From contig CAWECI010000017.1 of the NCBI GenBank assembly GCA_963807525.1, positions 88,578-152,577 on the forward strand: 64,000 nt of DNA. The letters run 5' to 3'. A model generated the notes under the pieces. It saw nothing but the letters and a program-made list of their open reading frames with translations. It made no database searches and was not told the DNA's origin. Origin of the DNA: Candidatus Aminicenantes bacterium. GTDB lineage: Bacteria > Acidobacteriota > Aminicenantia > Aminicenantales > Saccharicenantaceae. Every line of letters starts with the position of its first letter. Within the stretch, counting starts at the first letter, position 1. A program made the position numbers and the translations under genes. Of this stretch, positions 49,796 through 59,654 are shown in pieces.

Positions 49796-50035
49796 GCCGC
49801 CGCCTTCATCGCGCCCTTCACCTCGCGGCTTTCGTCCCTCGGGAACCGGGCCCTGCTGCCGCCCGATCGGGCCCTGGCGTTCTACAATACCCACACGGCC
49901 GAATCGGCCGCGGTCGAATACTGCCGGGCGGGGGTGCTTGTGCCCTCGTCGCTCGAGGCGATCAACCACATCCTCCGTGATACCTGGACCGGGGAGGTCA
50001 AGGAGATCGACGTCGGCCCCGTCCGGACCCGGTAA
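49796..50035 (+). pseudogene. Remnant of a DUF882/MepK(YcbK)-like peptidoglycan peptidase gene (N-terminal about 75 codons only)
   Basis: RALAFYNTHTAESAAVEYCRAGVLVPSSLEAINHILRDTWTGEVKEIDVG aligns by eye with E. coli MepK RILTLNNLHTGESIKAEFFDGRGYIQEELAKLNHFFRDYRANKIKSIDPG. There is no in-frame start after the upstream stop and no catalytic domain. It ends 6 nt before the convergent L,D-transpeptidase gene. Confidence 0.6.
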
Positions 50036-50041
50036 GCCGGA

Positions 50042-51772
50042 TCAGGACGTCGACGCCGCAGCTTTCTCCTGCAAGGCCTTGAGCAGGGCCGCGTCCCGGA
50101 GATAAACGTCCTCCCGGAACTGGATCAAGTCATCATCACCGAGCCAGGCCGTCCAATAGAGGACGTGGACGTTCAATGGCTTGGGGACCGGGATGTCGAT
50201 CGTCTCCCCCGCGTCGATGGCCGCGAGGATCTTGTCCCGCGGCCAGTCGGGGTCGTCGCGCAGGATATAGGCGACGAGATCGAGCGCTTTCTCGACCCGG
50301 ATGCAGCCCGAGCTGAAATCGCGGACCGCGCGGAGGAATAGGCCATGGGCCGGGGTATCGTGCATGTAGACGTCGAACGGATTCGGGAAAGTGACGACCA
50401 GGCGGCCCAGGGCGTTCAGCGGTCCCGGGTCCTGGCTGAATTTGTAGGTCAGGTTATCCTCGGTGATCCGGGCCCAATCGATCGATGCCGGATCGAGTTC
50501 CGAGGCGCCGTCCACCCAGCTGGCAAAAACGCGGAACCCCATTTTTCGGAGATAACCCGGGTCCTCCTTGATGTGGGGCAGGATGTCCTCGCGGGCCAGC
50601 TTCGGCGGGACGTTCCACGACGGGTCGATGGTGACGCGGGTGATCCGGCTGCTGAATTCGGGGGTCTGGCGATAGGCCTTGCCGACGATGGCGTTCATGG
50701 ACAGCACCGGGCGTCCGGCCTCGATCACCCAGACGAAGTAGCCGGCGATGTTCACGAGGACGTAGCGGTCGCCGAGGTCCTCCGTGACCCAGCGCCAGCG
50801 CTCGAGGTTGGCCCTGATCTGCGTCAGGCGCCCGGAGGCCGAGACGTTCAGGCTCACCTCCGTGTCCACCCCGACGACGCCGTCGGGATCGAGCCCGTGG
50901 CGGAGCTGGAACGACTTGACCGCCGCTTCAAGGCGGCCGTCGAAGAGATCCGGATCGTCGGCCGGCGCCGAGGGGAGGGCCTCGGGCAGCTCGCCCATGG
51001 CCTCGAGCGTCTTCCGCAAGGCCTCGACACGGGGGCCCCGGTCTCTCTTGATGAGCTTTGGCCCCGCCGGAAAAGCCGGCCAGCCGCCGGCGCGGATCTG
51101 GGCCCGGCATCTGGCGCAAGCGGTCCGAAGACCGGTGTACTGGGGAGAGCCGGGGCGCAGCGAATTCAGGGCCCCGGGGATGTCGTTCGCGGCCAGGCCC
51201 TTTTCCAGGGCGGCGGCCAGGTCTTCGACGCGGCCCTTGATGTGCCAGTCGGAGTGGAAGGTCGCGGGATCGACTTGGCCGTGCAGAAGGTGCGAGCCGC
51301 AGAGCAGGAACCCGTCAGTCAGGAGCATCTCCAGATCGGCCAGGTCCTCGGCCCGGGCCTGGGGAGGAGTCCTTTGGGCCGCCCGGTCGATCGTGCCGAG
51401 GAGCTCGACGATGGCCGCCCGGTGGTAGTTCTCCGGGTCGAGGCCGTCGTCAATCACGAGGGCCAGGGCGGCGACGAAGGCGCGGGCGTTGCCGAGCTCG
51501 AGAGCGTCGTCGATCCAAGCCGGACGAAGATCTCGCTTGCGGTAGAAGCCGGGGAGAACATCGGAGCCGCAGATCCGGTCGGTGCGGCACAGGACCGGGC
51601 CGGGCGTTCCCGCCGGTCCGATCCGCTTCTCCAGCGCCGCCCGGGCCATCTCGGTCGGAGGGACGACCTCGGTCCGGGGACGTGCGCACGCGGCCGCGAT
51701 GAGGCTCGCGAGCCCGCAGACGGCCGCAAGCGCGACAAAACGACGGCGAAACTTCTTATCTTTCATGATCAC
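50042..51772 (-). CDS. L,D-transpeptidase of the YcbB/LdtD type (PG-binding domain + YkuD domain)
   Basis: PG-binding motif AVKSFQLRHGLDPDGVVG, YkuD catalytic region VYMHDTPAHGLF...SSGCIRV, and a lipoprotein-like N-terminus. The start is GTG 51772 or ATG 51766. Confidence 0.88.
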   Translation of the reverse strand: MIMKDKKFRRRFVALAAVCGLASLIAAACARPRTEVVPPTEMARAALEKRIGPAGTPGPVLCRTDRICGSDVLPGFYRKRDLRPAWIDDALELGNARAFVAALALVIDDGLDPENYHRAAIVELLGTIDRAAQRTPPQARAEDLADLEMLLTDGFLLCGSHLLHGQVDPATFHSDWHIKGRVEDLAAALEKGLAANDIPGALNSLRPGSPQYTGLRTACARCRAQIRAGGWPAFPAGPKLIKRDRGPRVEALRKTLEAMGELPEALPSAPADDPDLFDGRLEAAVKSFQLRHGLDPDGVVGVDTEVSLNVSASGRLTQIRANLERWRWVTEDLGDRYVLVNIAGYFVWVIEAGRPVLSMNAIVGKAYRQTPEFSSRITRVTIDPSWNVPPKLAREDILPHIKEDPGYLRKMGFRVFASWVDGASELDPASIDWARITEDNLTYKFSQDPGPLNALGRLVVTFPNPFDVYMHDTPAHGLFLRAVRDFSSGCIRVEKALDLVAYILRDDPDWPRDKILAAIDAGETIDIPVPKPLNVHVLYWTAWLGDDDLIQFREDVYLRDAALLKALQEKAAASTS

Positions 51773-51840
51773 CCGCCCGAAACCATTCTACCCGGAGGAG
51801 GCTGGATTTTCCACCTGGCCGGCCCGGCGCGAAGTCCCGA

Positions 51841-53109
51841 TCAGGAGATGAACGGGATCGTCTGCGGGCCTTCGGGCATGACGCAGATCGACGCGCCGCG
51901 GCCGTACCTGTCGAGAAGAGCCGCGATCGTCTCTTCGACGCGGCGGCACGGCCGGAGAAGGGCACCGCGGATCTGATCGTCCGTCAGGCCGTCGGACCTG
52001 ACGTAGACGTCGGCCTTGGACTGCACGAGGGCCTGGACGTGGGCCTGCCACTGGTCCTGCTCGAGAAAGCCGGGCGCGCAGATCTTGGCCAGGAGCTCCT
52101 GCGGGTCGCGCGACTCGCACAGGATCCGGCCGTAGAGCCCGTGCTCGGGGATGCCGTCCCAGCAGCTGGCGGCGATGATGATCGACCCCCCGGGCCTGAC
52201 GATCGGGTCGGCGGCCCGCAGGCCCTTGACCGACTGATAGAGGTTGAGGTCGAGGGGATAGCCGGAGTTGGTCGTGACGACGATATCGAAGGGCCGGCCG
52301 ACGGCGACCATGGCCGAGCTCTTGACGAAGGCGCAGCCCGCCGCGTGGGCCCGGTCGAGGTCGCCGGCGAAGACGCCGGTCACCGCCTTGTCCCGGTTGA
52401 GGGTCACGTTGAGGAGGAAGAGACGGCCGGCCTGGCCGGCGACCTCGCGGACCTCCTCCCAGATCGGGTTGCCCCGGGTGGCGCCCCAGATGGCCCGGGG
52501 GTGGCCGACCATGACGGCGTCGTGATTGCCCAGGACCGTGCGCTGGCCGGCCATGCCGGGCATGATCGCCTTGCCGCCGCCCGAGAAACCGGCGAAGAGG
52601 TGCGGCTCGATGAAGCCGGTCAGGACCTTCAGGTCGCAGCGCATGAGCTCCGCGTTGAGCCAGGTCTCATGGCCCTTCGAAGTCACCCCGACCCGGACCT
52701 GCGTCGCCGGATCGAAGGTGTCGTTCTGGACGATGCGGCGGCGCTCGAAGATCCCGTCGCCCAGCATGGCCCTCAGCTCGGCTTCGGTGTTCGGCCGGTG
52801 CGTGCCCAGGGCATTGAAGAGCGTCACCTCGACGTCGGGAACGCCGTCCAGGACCCCGAGCACGGCCGGGAGGAGCAAGGTGTTCGGGGCCGGCCGGGTG
52901 ATGTCGCTGAAGACGACCCCGACCCGCATGCCAGGTTGGACGAGATCCCGAAGCGGCGGCGAGCCGATGGGCGCTTCGAGCGCGGCCCGGACCGCGGCGG
53001 CCGGATCGGCCAGGGCCGGCACGAACTTCGGTTCGACGACGGTGACGTTGAGGGAATCATCTAGCTCGATCGGCAGGCCGGTCTTCCCGTAAGCAAGCGT
53101 GATGCGCAT
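51841..53109 (-). CDS. larA: LarA-family nickel-pincer-dependent 2-hydroxyacid racemase/epimerase homologue (DUF2088)
   Basis: 422 aa. LarA-like blocks include DITRP, ALGTHRP and GFIEPHLFAGFSGGGKAIMPG. Confidence 0.85.
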   Translation of the reverse strand: MRITLAYGKTGLPIELDDSLNVTVVEPKFVPALADPAAAVRAALEAPIGSPPLRDLVQPGMRVGVVFSDITRPAPNTLLLPAVLGVLDGVPDVEVTLFNALGTHRPNTEAELRAMLGDGIFERRRIVQNDTFDPATQVRVGVTSKGHETWLNAELMRCDLKVLTGFIEPHLFAGFSGGGKAIMPGMAGQRTVLGNHDAVMVGHPRAIWGATRGNPIWEEVREVAGQAGRLFLLNVTLNRDKAVTGVFAGDLDRAHAAGCAFVKSSAMVAVGRPFDIVVTTNSGYPLDLNLYQSVKGLRAADPIVRPGGSIIIAASCWDGIPEHGLYGRILCESRDPQELLAKICAPGFLEQDQWQAHVQALVQSKADVYVRSDGLTDDQIRGALLRPCRRVEETIAALLDRYGRGASICVMPEGPQTIPFIS

Positions 53110-53208
53110 AAGGAGCTATTTTACATCAAAATGGGGATATGTACTCCTTGGGCCGTGTCCCCCGGGCGGCAGGAGATCGGGGACACTCTCCGTGGCTGGA
53201 CAGGTCCC

Positions 53209-55638
53209 CTATTGAGCCGCCTTGATCGGGACCGAAACCGTAACCTTGTGCCCGGCGGCCACCTCGACCAGGACCCACGAGATCGGGCGGCCGGCTTCGT
53301 CGCGTCCGGCAGAGGCGGCCCTCGAGGTACCGTCGACTAGGAGCGCCGGCCATGCGCCTTCAAAAACGGCCCGCCAAACGATCGGGCCGCCCGAGAGCAA
53401 CCTGAGTGACGTTTTTCCCCGTCCTTCGTGACGGACGGTGACGGCCCCGTCAAAAACAGGACAATCCCGCAACTCGGCGAAGGGGGTCGCAGCGGTCAGC
53501 CCGGAACGGGTCTCGATCGTCCGCGTCCTTGCGTCCGCCTGGATGCCCACGAGTCCCGTGGTGACCGCGCCGATGACGGCAAACGAGACCTCCGGATACT
53601 CGCGGCGCTTCTTGGCCGGGTCCGCGAGAGCCAGGATCCCGGCGTAGGCGGCGTCGTCCTTCCCGTAGCGGTAGAAGATCTCCGGCAGGTAGGACTCGAT
53701 CTCGATGCCCTCGGGCGTGGCTTCCACGATCCGGCGCAGCGTCGCATCACGGCGGGGCCCCGGCGGGATGGATCCGAAATAGAGCGGAAAGACGCCGTTC
53801 CAGATCAGGTCCTGGTAAACAAGGGCCCCGCCCTGGACGCGGCCGTCGGCGTACCGGCCTTTGGCGTCGCTCCACCAGCTGTCGTAGGCGGTCCTCAATC
53901 CGGCGGCCCGGTCCCGGTAGAGGCCGGTCGCGGCGTGGTCTCCGCGGAGCTCGAGGAGCCCGGCATAATCATCGAACGCCCTAGCCATGGCGGCGACGAG
54001 GTCCGAGGCATAGAGGGCCCGGTCGGAGAACGGGCCTTCGTCGTAGCCGCCCAAGCCGCGGCTGCCGTACTCGGGGCGATGCTCGGGGATGCCGTCGCCG
54101 TCCTTGTCCCAGGCTTCGATGTATTCTTTCAGGCTCTGGCGATAGAACGCGAGGAAGGCCGGATCCTGGACAAACGCGGCGTCCCCGGTCCAGAGGAATT
54201 GCCGCCAGCAGGCATCGAGGACGTCGAAGTTGGCCGTCAGGTTGTACCAGAAGTCCCGGTCGTTCTTATAGTCGACCGGCGCGGGCCGATCCCACTTGTC
54301 GATCTCCCAGTACGAGCAAAAATCGCGGGAGGGGCTGATGCCGGAGGCGAACTTGCGGAACATGTTGACGTTGAAAGCGGCCAGGCCCAGGACGTGGGCT
54401 CCCGTCGCCTGGTGAGACACGTCGCGCATGCAGAAAGCGAAGCGCGAAGGGAGGGCGGCCTCGTACCAGTCGCCGACGGGATCGCCGTAGACGGCGTGGG
54501 GGAAGACGTAGTCGAGGGCCTGGCCCTTGGCCCAGGCGAAAGCCGCGGCGAGCTTCAGGTCGGACGTCTCGAGCCCGAGCGGGCTGGCCATCGGCTTCGC
54601 GGGTTTGAAGCCGCTCGGCGGGACGAGATCGAGCTCGAAGGGGGCATCGCGATCGCAGACGAGGACGCCGGCCTTGATCTCCAGCCTGGCGACCTGGAGC
54701 GAGGAGCGGTGCTTGCCGGGCTCGGGGTGGGCCTTGGGGCCGGCCGGGTGAGTGAAATAGAAGAGATAAGCCTCGGGGCCTTGGACGACGACCTCGCCGT
54801 GGCGGCCGATGTCGCCGTCGTCGGGACGCTTACCGGGAACGCCGAGGATGGTCCCCGGCTGCTCGGTCCAGTGGGTGAGATCGGACGAGCGCAGCACGCC
54901 CATCCCCTGCCAGCGGTCGACGAGCATCCAATAGGAGCCCTGCCACCAGAAGACGGCCGTCCCTTCCTGGGCCTTGTCGGTGATGACGGGGCCGGTGACG
55001 GTCCAGCGATAGAGGTCCTCGCTGTCGGCCGCGTAGATATGCGAGCCGTTGGCTTCATCCTTGTACCAGAGGCGCCAGCCGCCGGATGGTTTGGCATAGA
55101 CGAAGGCGTCGATGACGCGCTCGGAGCTCAGCGACAGCACGGCCTCGAATTTCCAGTCGACGAGGTTCCGGCTGGAGTAATGGACGATGTGCCGGTCGCC
55201 GCTCCAATCGGCCGGGACGCCGCGGACATAGGCGACGAACATATGGTAGGTCCGGCCGTGCTCGACGAGACAGGGCGCCCAAAACGTGTTGCGGCCCGGT
55301 TCGAACTCGAGCCCCTTGGCGACGCCCCGGTAGCGCCAGGTCAGGCCGCTGTCCGCCGAAGAGGCGATGCCGATGTCGGTGCCGTGGCACCAGCGCACGC
55401 CGTCCTGGGCGTCAGGGGCGTTGGCCCGGCGGTTGGTGTAGAAGATCCACCAGGACCGTTCCTGGTCGTTCCAGACGAGGGACGGATCGGCAGCGCCGTC
55501 GAAGACCGGGTCCCGATAAAGAGGGGCGGGAGGGATCCGGCCGCCGGAGACCCGCGAGGGCGAGCGGCCGCAGGCGCCGCCGAGCAGGCAGCCCACTGTG
55601 AAAGCGGCTATAAGGATCCGTTCAGTCCGGCCGTTCAT
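53209..55638 (-). CDS. Lipoprotein fusion: GH43-like five-bladed beta-propeller + C-terminal (alpha/alpha)6-like glycosidase domain
   Basis: Lipobox LLGGAC. The N-terminal roughly 330 aa have propeller blocks (DPSLVWNDQERSWWIFYT, FWAPCLVEHGRTYHMFVAY, IDAFVY...WRLWYKDE, EGTAVFWWQGSYWMLV). The C-terminal roughly 450 aa are helical and Trp/Tyr-rich. GGAGGG SD. The family calls are tentative. Confidence 0.6.
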   Translation of the reverse strand: MNGRTERILIAAFTVGCLLGGACGRSPSRVSGGRIPPAPLYRDPVFDGAADPSLVWNDQERSWWIFYTNRRANAPDAQDGVRWCHGTDIGIASSADSGLTWRYRGVAKGLEFEPGRNTFWAPCLVEHGRTYHMFVAYVRGVPADWSGDRHIVHYSSRNLVDWKFEAVLSLSSERVIDAFVYAKPSGGWRLWYKDEANGSHIYAADSEDLYRWTVTGPVITDKAQEGTAVFWWQGSYWMLVDRWQGMGVLRSSDLTHWTEQPGTILGVPGKRPDDGDIGRHGEVVVQGPEAYLFYFTHPAGPKAHPEPGKHRSSLQVARLEIKAGVLVCDRDAPFELDLVPPSGFKPAKPMASPLGLETSDLKLAAAFAWAKGQALDYVFPHAVYGDPVGDWYEAALPSRFAFCMRDVSHQATGAHVLGLAAFNVNMFRKFASGISPSRDFCSYWEIDKWDRPAPVDYKNDRDFWYNLTANFDVLDACWRQFLWTGDAAFVQDPAFLAFYRQSLKEYIEAWDKDGDGIPEHRPEYGSRGLGGYDEGPFSDRALYASDLVAAMARAFDDYAGLLELRGDHAATGLYRDRAAGLRTAYDSWWSDAKGRYADGRVQGGALVYQDLIWNGVFPLYFGSIPPGPRRDATLRRIVEATPEGIEIESYLPEIFYRYGKDDAAYAGILALADPAKKRREYPEVSFAVIGAVTTGLVGIQADARTRTIETRSGLTAATPFAELRDCPVFDGAVTVRHEGRGKTSLRLLSGGPIVWRAVFEGAWPALLVDGTSRAASAGRDEAGRPISWVLVEVAAGHKVTVSVPIKAAQ

Positions 55639-55657
55639 CGTCCCTCCAGTCCCCGAA

Positions 55658-57616
55658 TTAATTCTTGTTGAAGGCGGCCCAGTTGGGGTTCTGGCGCAGC
55701 GTTTCGAGCCGGAAGGCGGTCGGCCAGGCCACGAGCCACTGGCTGACGGCGAACGGCTGGAGCCAGCGCGTGTGGAGGAAGCCCTCGTCCTGCGAGCCGT
55801 AGGGACGCTTCTTGCCCATGACCGTGAGGTCGCCGCCGGAGATGCCCATGGTGCCGTTGGCCCAGGCGGCCACGGCCCGCTCCCTCCAGACCGCGTGCCC
55901 GGTGAGCTTGGCCAGCTTGATCCAGTCGTTGACGATGATCAAAGCGTAGGGGTCCTGGTGATGATGCTGGGTCGAGACGGCCGTCCCGCCGAACGTGTCG
56001 TAGCCGAGCTCGCGCAGGACCGTTCCCTCGGCGAAGGGCACGCTGTAGTGCCACTGCCACGTGGCCAAATAGTAGGACACGTCCTCGGCCGCCTGGAGAT
56101 ACGGGCTCTTGCCCGTGACGTCATAAAGCTCGAGGGCGGCCTTGAGCAGGGGCGTCGCCGATTCCTTGTCGATGCAGTAAGTGTCGAGGGCCCCGGCCGT
56201 GGTGAAGCCCTTCTTGAGGAAGTCGTTGAAGTAGAAGGCAAAAGCCCGCTCCGCCCCCTCGAGATAAGCGGCCTTGTGGGTGGCCCGGAAGGCGGTCACG
56301 AGCGGCGGGATGAGAAAGGCCCCGATCGTGCCGTCGGGGTCGACGATCTTGCCGGCGTTCGTCCAGGCCTTGCCGATGCGGCCGTCGGCCGACATGGCCT
56401 CGAGGGCGAAATCGCAGACGCCGAGCGCGGCGGCCCGGTATTCGGGCTTCCGCAGGCCGCACCGGGCGGCCAGATCAAAGGCCTCGAAGTAGCCCTGGGC
56501 CGCCTGGCCGAGATTACAGGCGTCCTCGACCTCGGCCTTGGCGTCCTCCAGGCCGATGACATAGTCGTAATGGCAGCGGAAGAGGCCGTTCGGCAGCCGG
56601 GCGTTCTTGAGCCAGGTATCGAGGCAGGCGATGCCCTTGTCGAGCGAGCGGCGCTCGTTCGAGAGGACATAATCGTGGAGCATCGAGTTGGCCAGGGAGA
56701 TGTTCTGCCCCGCCCAGCCGATCTCGTATTTCCACGATTGCCGCTGGACCCAGCCCTGCTCCTGCGGGTCCCATCTCAAGCCGATCGAGAAGCCTCGGAA
56801 GCCTTTCTCCTCGGCCCAGAGATTGTCGGCGGCGAACTGGACGCCGAGCTCCCAGAGCTCCTCGGGCTCGAAGCGGGGCTTGGCCGCCCGGGCGTTGAGC
56901 GACCAGGCCGCGTCGACAAGGGCGTGCCAGCCGTGGCGCGGCGTCTTGACCTCGGCCAGGACGATCCAGGCCTTGAGCTCGATCGTCTGGCCGGGCGACA
57001 CCCGCAGATCGCCGTGGTAGGCGTCGGCATAGGCGTCACGCATGGCGTAAACGCGGGGCGTCTCCTCCTCGGGCCAGATGAGGCGGTGGACGGTCTTGTC
57101 CGGGCGCGGCTCGAGCGAGCAGGAGAACCCGCCGACGAGCTGGCCGGGGGCGCTGAAGAGCGCGACCGACCAGGCCTCGGACTCCGAGTAGGTCGCCCCG
57201 GGGATCGAGGTCCGGTGATAAGCGAAGGTCCAGGGCTGACCGTCCGCGACGAAGCCTTTGGGCTCGAGGCCCTTGCCCCAGGCGTTGCCGTCGTACAGGA
57301 CGGCCGGGATGAGGCTGTAGCGCGACGCGTAGAGCGCCTCGACCTCCATGGTCAGCCGGGCCGGGCGGACATAATCCGTGCCGCCGTAGCGGAAGGTCCG
57401 GGTCCACTCGAAGAGACCGGGCCGGACCTCCCGGACTCGGTCCTGCGCCGTGAAGTCCTTGGCGACGTAAGGCACGAGGGCCGCGACGGGCCGGCCGGCG
57501 GCGACGAACGTCGTCGCAGCGCCGCCCGTGCGGATCTCGATCCGGGGCTGAGCCGCGGCGAAGGAGGCCGCGGCGAGGAGAAGACACAGGGCCAGGACGG
57601 TCGATCGTTTGGTCAT
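55658..57616 (-). CDS. Secreted hypothetical protein, possible (alpha/alpha)-toroid glycosidase/lyase-like
   Basis: Signal peptide MTKRSTVLALCLLLAAASFAAAQ; 652 aa. It lies 19 nt upstream of the GH43-like gene on the same strand. Confidence 0.5.
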   Translation of the reverse strand: MTKRSTVLALCLLLAAASFAAAQPRIEIRTGGAATTFVAAGRPVAALVPYVAKDFTAQDRVREVRPGLFEWTRTFRYGGTDYVRPARLTMEVEALYASRYSLIPAVLYDGNAWGKGLEPKGFVADGQPWTFAYHRTSIPGATYSESEAWSVALFSAPGQLVGGFSCSLEPRPDKTVHRLIWPEEETPRVYAMRDAYADAYHGDLRVSPGQTIELKAWIVLAEVKTPRHGWHALVDAAWSLNARAAKPRFEPEELWELGVQFAADNLWAEEKGFRGFSIGLRWDPQEQGWVQRQSWKYEIGWAGQNISLANSMLHDYVLSNERRSLDKGIACLDTWLKNARLPNGLFRCHYDYVIGLEDAKAEVEDACNLGQAAQGYFEAFDLAARCGLRKPEYRAAALGVCDFALEAMSADGRIGKAWTNAGKIVDPDGTIGAFLIPPLVTAFRATHKAAYLEGAERAFAFYFNDFLKKGFTTAGALDTYCIDKESATPLLKAALELYDVTGKSPYLQAAEDVSYYLATWQWHYSVPFAEGTVLRELGYDTFGGTAVSTQHHHQDPYALIIVNDWIKLAKLTGHAVWRERAVAAWANGTMGISGGDLTVMGKKRPYGSQDEGFLHTRWLQPFAVSQWLVAWPTAFRLETLRQNPNWAAFNKN

Positions 57617-57675
57617 GGTCTTCTCGATATACCAGAGGCCCTCCGAAAAGACAAGACGCCCCGGGGCGCGGTCTT

Positions 57676-57704
57676 TTGAAAAGCGTCTGGCGATAGGGTA
57701 TGAT
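57676..57704 (+). promoter_or_regulatory. Sigma70-like promoter TTGAAA-N17-TATGAT for fba
   Basis: -35 at 57676-57681 and -10 at 57699-57704, followed by a 34-nt leader with a GGAGGA SD before ATG 57739. Confidence 0.45.
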
Positions 57705-57738
57705 GCCCCTGTCAGGATCGTTCCGGAGGAGTCGCCCG

Positions 57739-58764
57739 ATGCCCGTCTCCTATAAGGACATAGGCCTGTCCAATACCCGCGACATGTTCCGCCGGGCCTT
57801 CGCCGGCCAGTACGCGGTCCCGGCCTACAACTTCAACAACATGGAGCAGCTCCAGGCCATCATCACGGCCTGCGTCGAGACCCGTTCGCCGGTCATCCTC
57901 CAGGTCTCGAGCGGGGCCCGGAAGTACGCCAACCAGACCATGCTGCGCTACATGGCCGAAGGGGCCGTGGTCATGGCCCGGGAGATGGAGAAGGCCAAGA
58001 GCGCCGCGCCGCCGGTCCCGATCACCCTGCACCTCGACCATGGCGATACCTTCGAGCTGGCCAAGTCGTGCATCGAGCACGGCTTTTCGTCTGTCATGAT
58101 CGACGGCTCGCACCTGCCGTACGACGCGAACATCGCCCTGACCCGGCAGGTCGTCGACTTCGCCCATGCCCGCGACGTGTCGGTCGAAGGCGAGCTCGGG
58201 GTTCTGGCCGGCATCGAGGACGCCGTCCAGGCCGAGAGGTCGACCTACACCCACCCGGACCAGGTCGTCGATTTCGTCCGCCGGACGGGCGTCGACTCGC
58301 TGGCCATCTCGATCGGGACCTCCCACGGGGCCTACAAGTTCAAGCCCGAGCAGTGCACCCGCGACGAGCGCGGGGTCCTCATCCCGCCGCCTCTGCGGTT
58401 CGACATCCTGGCCGACGTCGAGAAGCAGATCCCCGGCTTCCCCATCGTCCTGCACGGGGCCTCGTCGGTCATCCAGGACGCCGTGGCCACGATCAACAAG
58501 TACGGCGGCCAGATGAAGGACGCCATCGGCGTCCCCGAGGATCAGCTGCGCCAGGCCGCCCGCTCGGCCGTCTGCAAGATCAACATCGACACCGACGGCC
58601 GGATGGTCATGACGGCCTCGATCCGCAAGGTCTTCGGCGATCAGCCCGCCGAGTTCGATCCCCGGAAATACCTCGGGCCGGCCCGGACGGCCCTGATCGA
58701 GATGTACAAGCGCAAGAACCGCGAGGTCCTCGGCTCGGCCGGCCGCTACGGCGCCGAGTTCTGA
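57739..58764 (+). CDS. fba: Class II fructose-1,6-bisphosphate aldolase
   Basis: Blocks AVPAYNFNNMEQLQAII, PVILQVSSGARKY, LHLDHG, SSVMIDGS, VEGELG and SIGTSHGAYKF. Start set at ATG 57739 behind GGAGGA. Confidence 0.93.
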   Translation: MPVSYKDIGLSNTRDMFRRAFAGQYAVPAYNFNNMEQLQAIITACVETRSPVILQVSSGARKYANQTMLRYMAEGAVVMAREMEKAKSAAPPVPITLHLDHGDTFELAKSCIEHGFSSVMIDGSHLPYDANIALTRQVVDFAHARDVSVEGELGVLAGIEDAVQAERSTYTHPDQVVDFVRRTGVDSLAISIGTSHGAYKFKPEQCTRDERGVLIPPPLRFDILADVEKQIPGFPIVLHGASSVIQDAVATINKYGGQMKDAIGVPEDQLRQAARSAVCKINIDTDGRMVMTASIRKVFGDQPAEFDPRKYLGPARTALIEMYKRKNREVLGSAGRYGAEF

Positions 58765-58783
58765 GCCTGCGCCATTCATCAAA

Positions 58784-58825
58784 GCGCCGGAGATCTCCCT
58801 CAACAAGAAGAACTCAAGCCGGCGC
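58784..58825. repeat. Hairpin GCGCCGG-N28-CCGGCGC (family copy 2), between convergent fba and SRPBCC genes
   Basis: Same 7-bp stem and 28-nt loop length as 37678-37719. Confidence 0.6.
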
Positions 58826-58833
58826 GCCCGGCC

Positions 58834-59526
58834 TCAGTCCCTGATCGAAGGCGGGTTGGCGGCTGGACGGAGGCGGTGCCGGATCGCCTCGATGATCTTG
58901 GGGAGGTCGTGCTTCGACAGCGACATGGCCAGGCCGGTCATCCCCAACGGCACATGGCCGGGCTCGGTATAGACGTGATAGACGGCGAGAAGCGCGCCGC
59001 AGGCGTCGGGGGCGACCTGCCAGTGGCCCGAGGTTTCGGCGACGGTCTGGCTCGCCGGCACCTCGGGCCAGGGCACTTGGACCCAATCCACACGGCAGCC
59101 GTCGGCCCCCCGGCGGGCCGTATAGCGCAGCCGGTAGCGCCGGCGCGTCCCCAAAGGCAGCCTCAGATGCTGCTCGACGAGTGAGACCATCGGCCCCTCG
59201 TCCGTGACGACGATCCGTTCGACGCGCGGCATGAACTCGTGATAATGCCGGTAATCGAGGATGACCGCCAGGACCTCGTCAAGCGTTCCCGGCAGGGTGC
59301 CGATGGCTTCGTAGGTCCGGCCTTTGCGGCCGGGGTCGGCGACGGCCCGGAGGACGATCTTGCCCCCCAGAACTTGGGCCCGCTCAGCGCTCGACAGGGC
59401 GACGGGATCCAGTTGGAGGTCGTCGGCCTGCGGCGGCCACGGCGTCCCCGCAGGGGCGGCCGCGGCGACCGCGATGGCCACGGCGGTCAAGACCGCCAGG
59501 GTGATCAAAACAGCCTTGAAGACCAC
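58834..59526 (-). CDS. Exported SRPBCC (START/polyketide-cyclase-like) family protein
   Basis: GTG start after AGGAG, with a signal/anchor helix. The block LDEVLAVILDYRHYHEFMPRVERI is typical of SRPBCC ligand-binding proteins. Confidence 0.6.
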   Translation of the reverse strand: MVFKAVLITLAVLTAVAIAVAAAAPAGTPWPPQADDLQLDPVALSSAERAQVLGGKIVLRAVADPGRKGRTYEAIGTLPGTLDEVLAVILDYRHYHEFMPRVERIVVTDEGPMVSLVEQHLRLPLGTRRRYRLRYTARRGADGCRVDWVQVPWPEVPASQTVAETSGHWQVAPDACGALLAVYHVYTEPGHVPLGMTGLAMSLSKHDLPKIIEAIRHRLRPAANPPSIRD

Positions 59527-59654
59527 GCTCGCTCCTGCCCCGGACTCTTCCGCCGCCGGATGGCCTGGTCATTCTGCGCTATCGGGGGAAAAATGACAAG
59601 AGCATATCCCCCGGCCCCGGTCCCTCGTATAATGAAGGAGAGTGGAGGTGCGGC

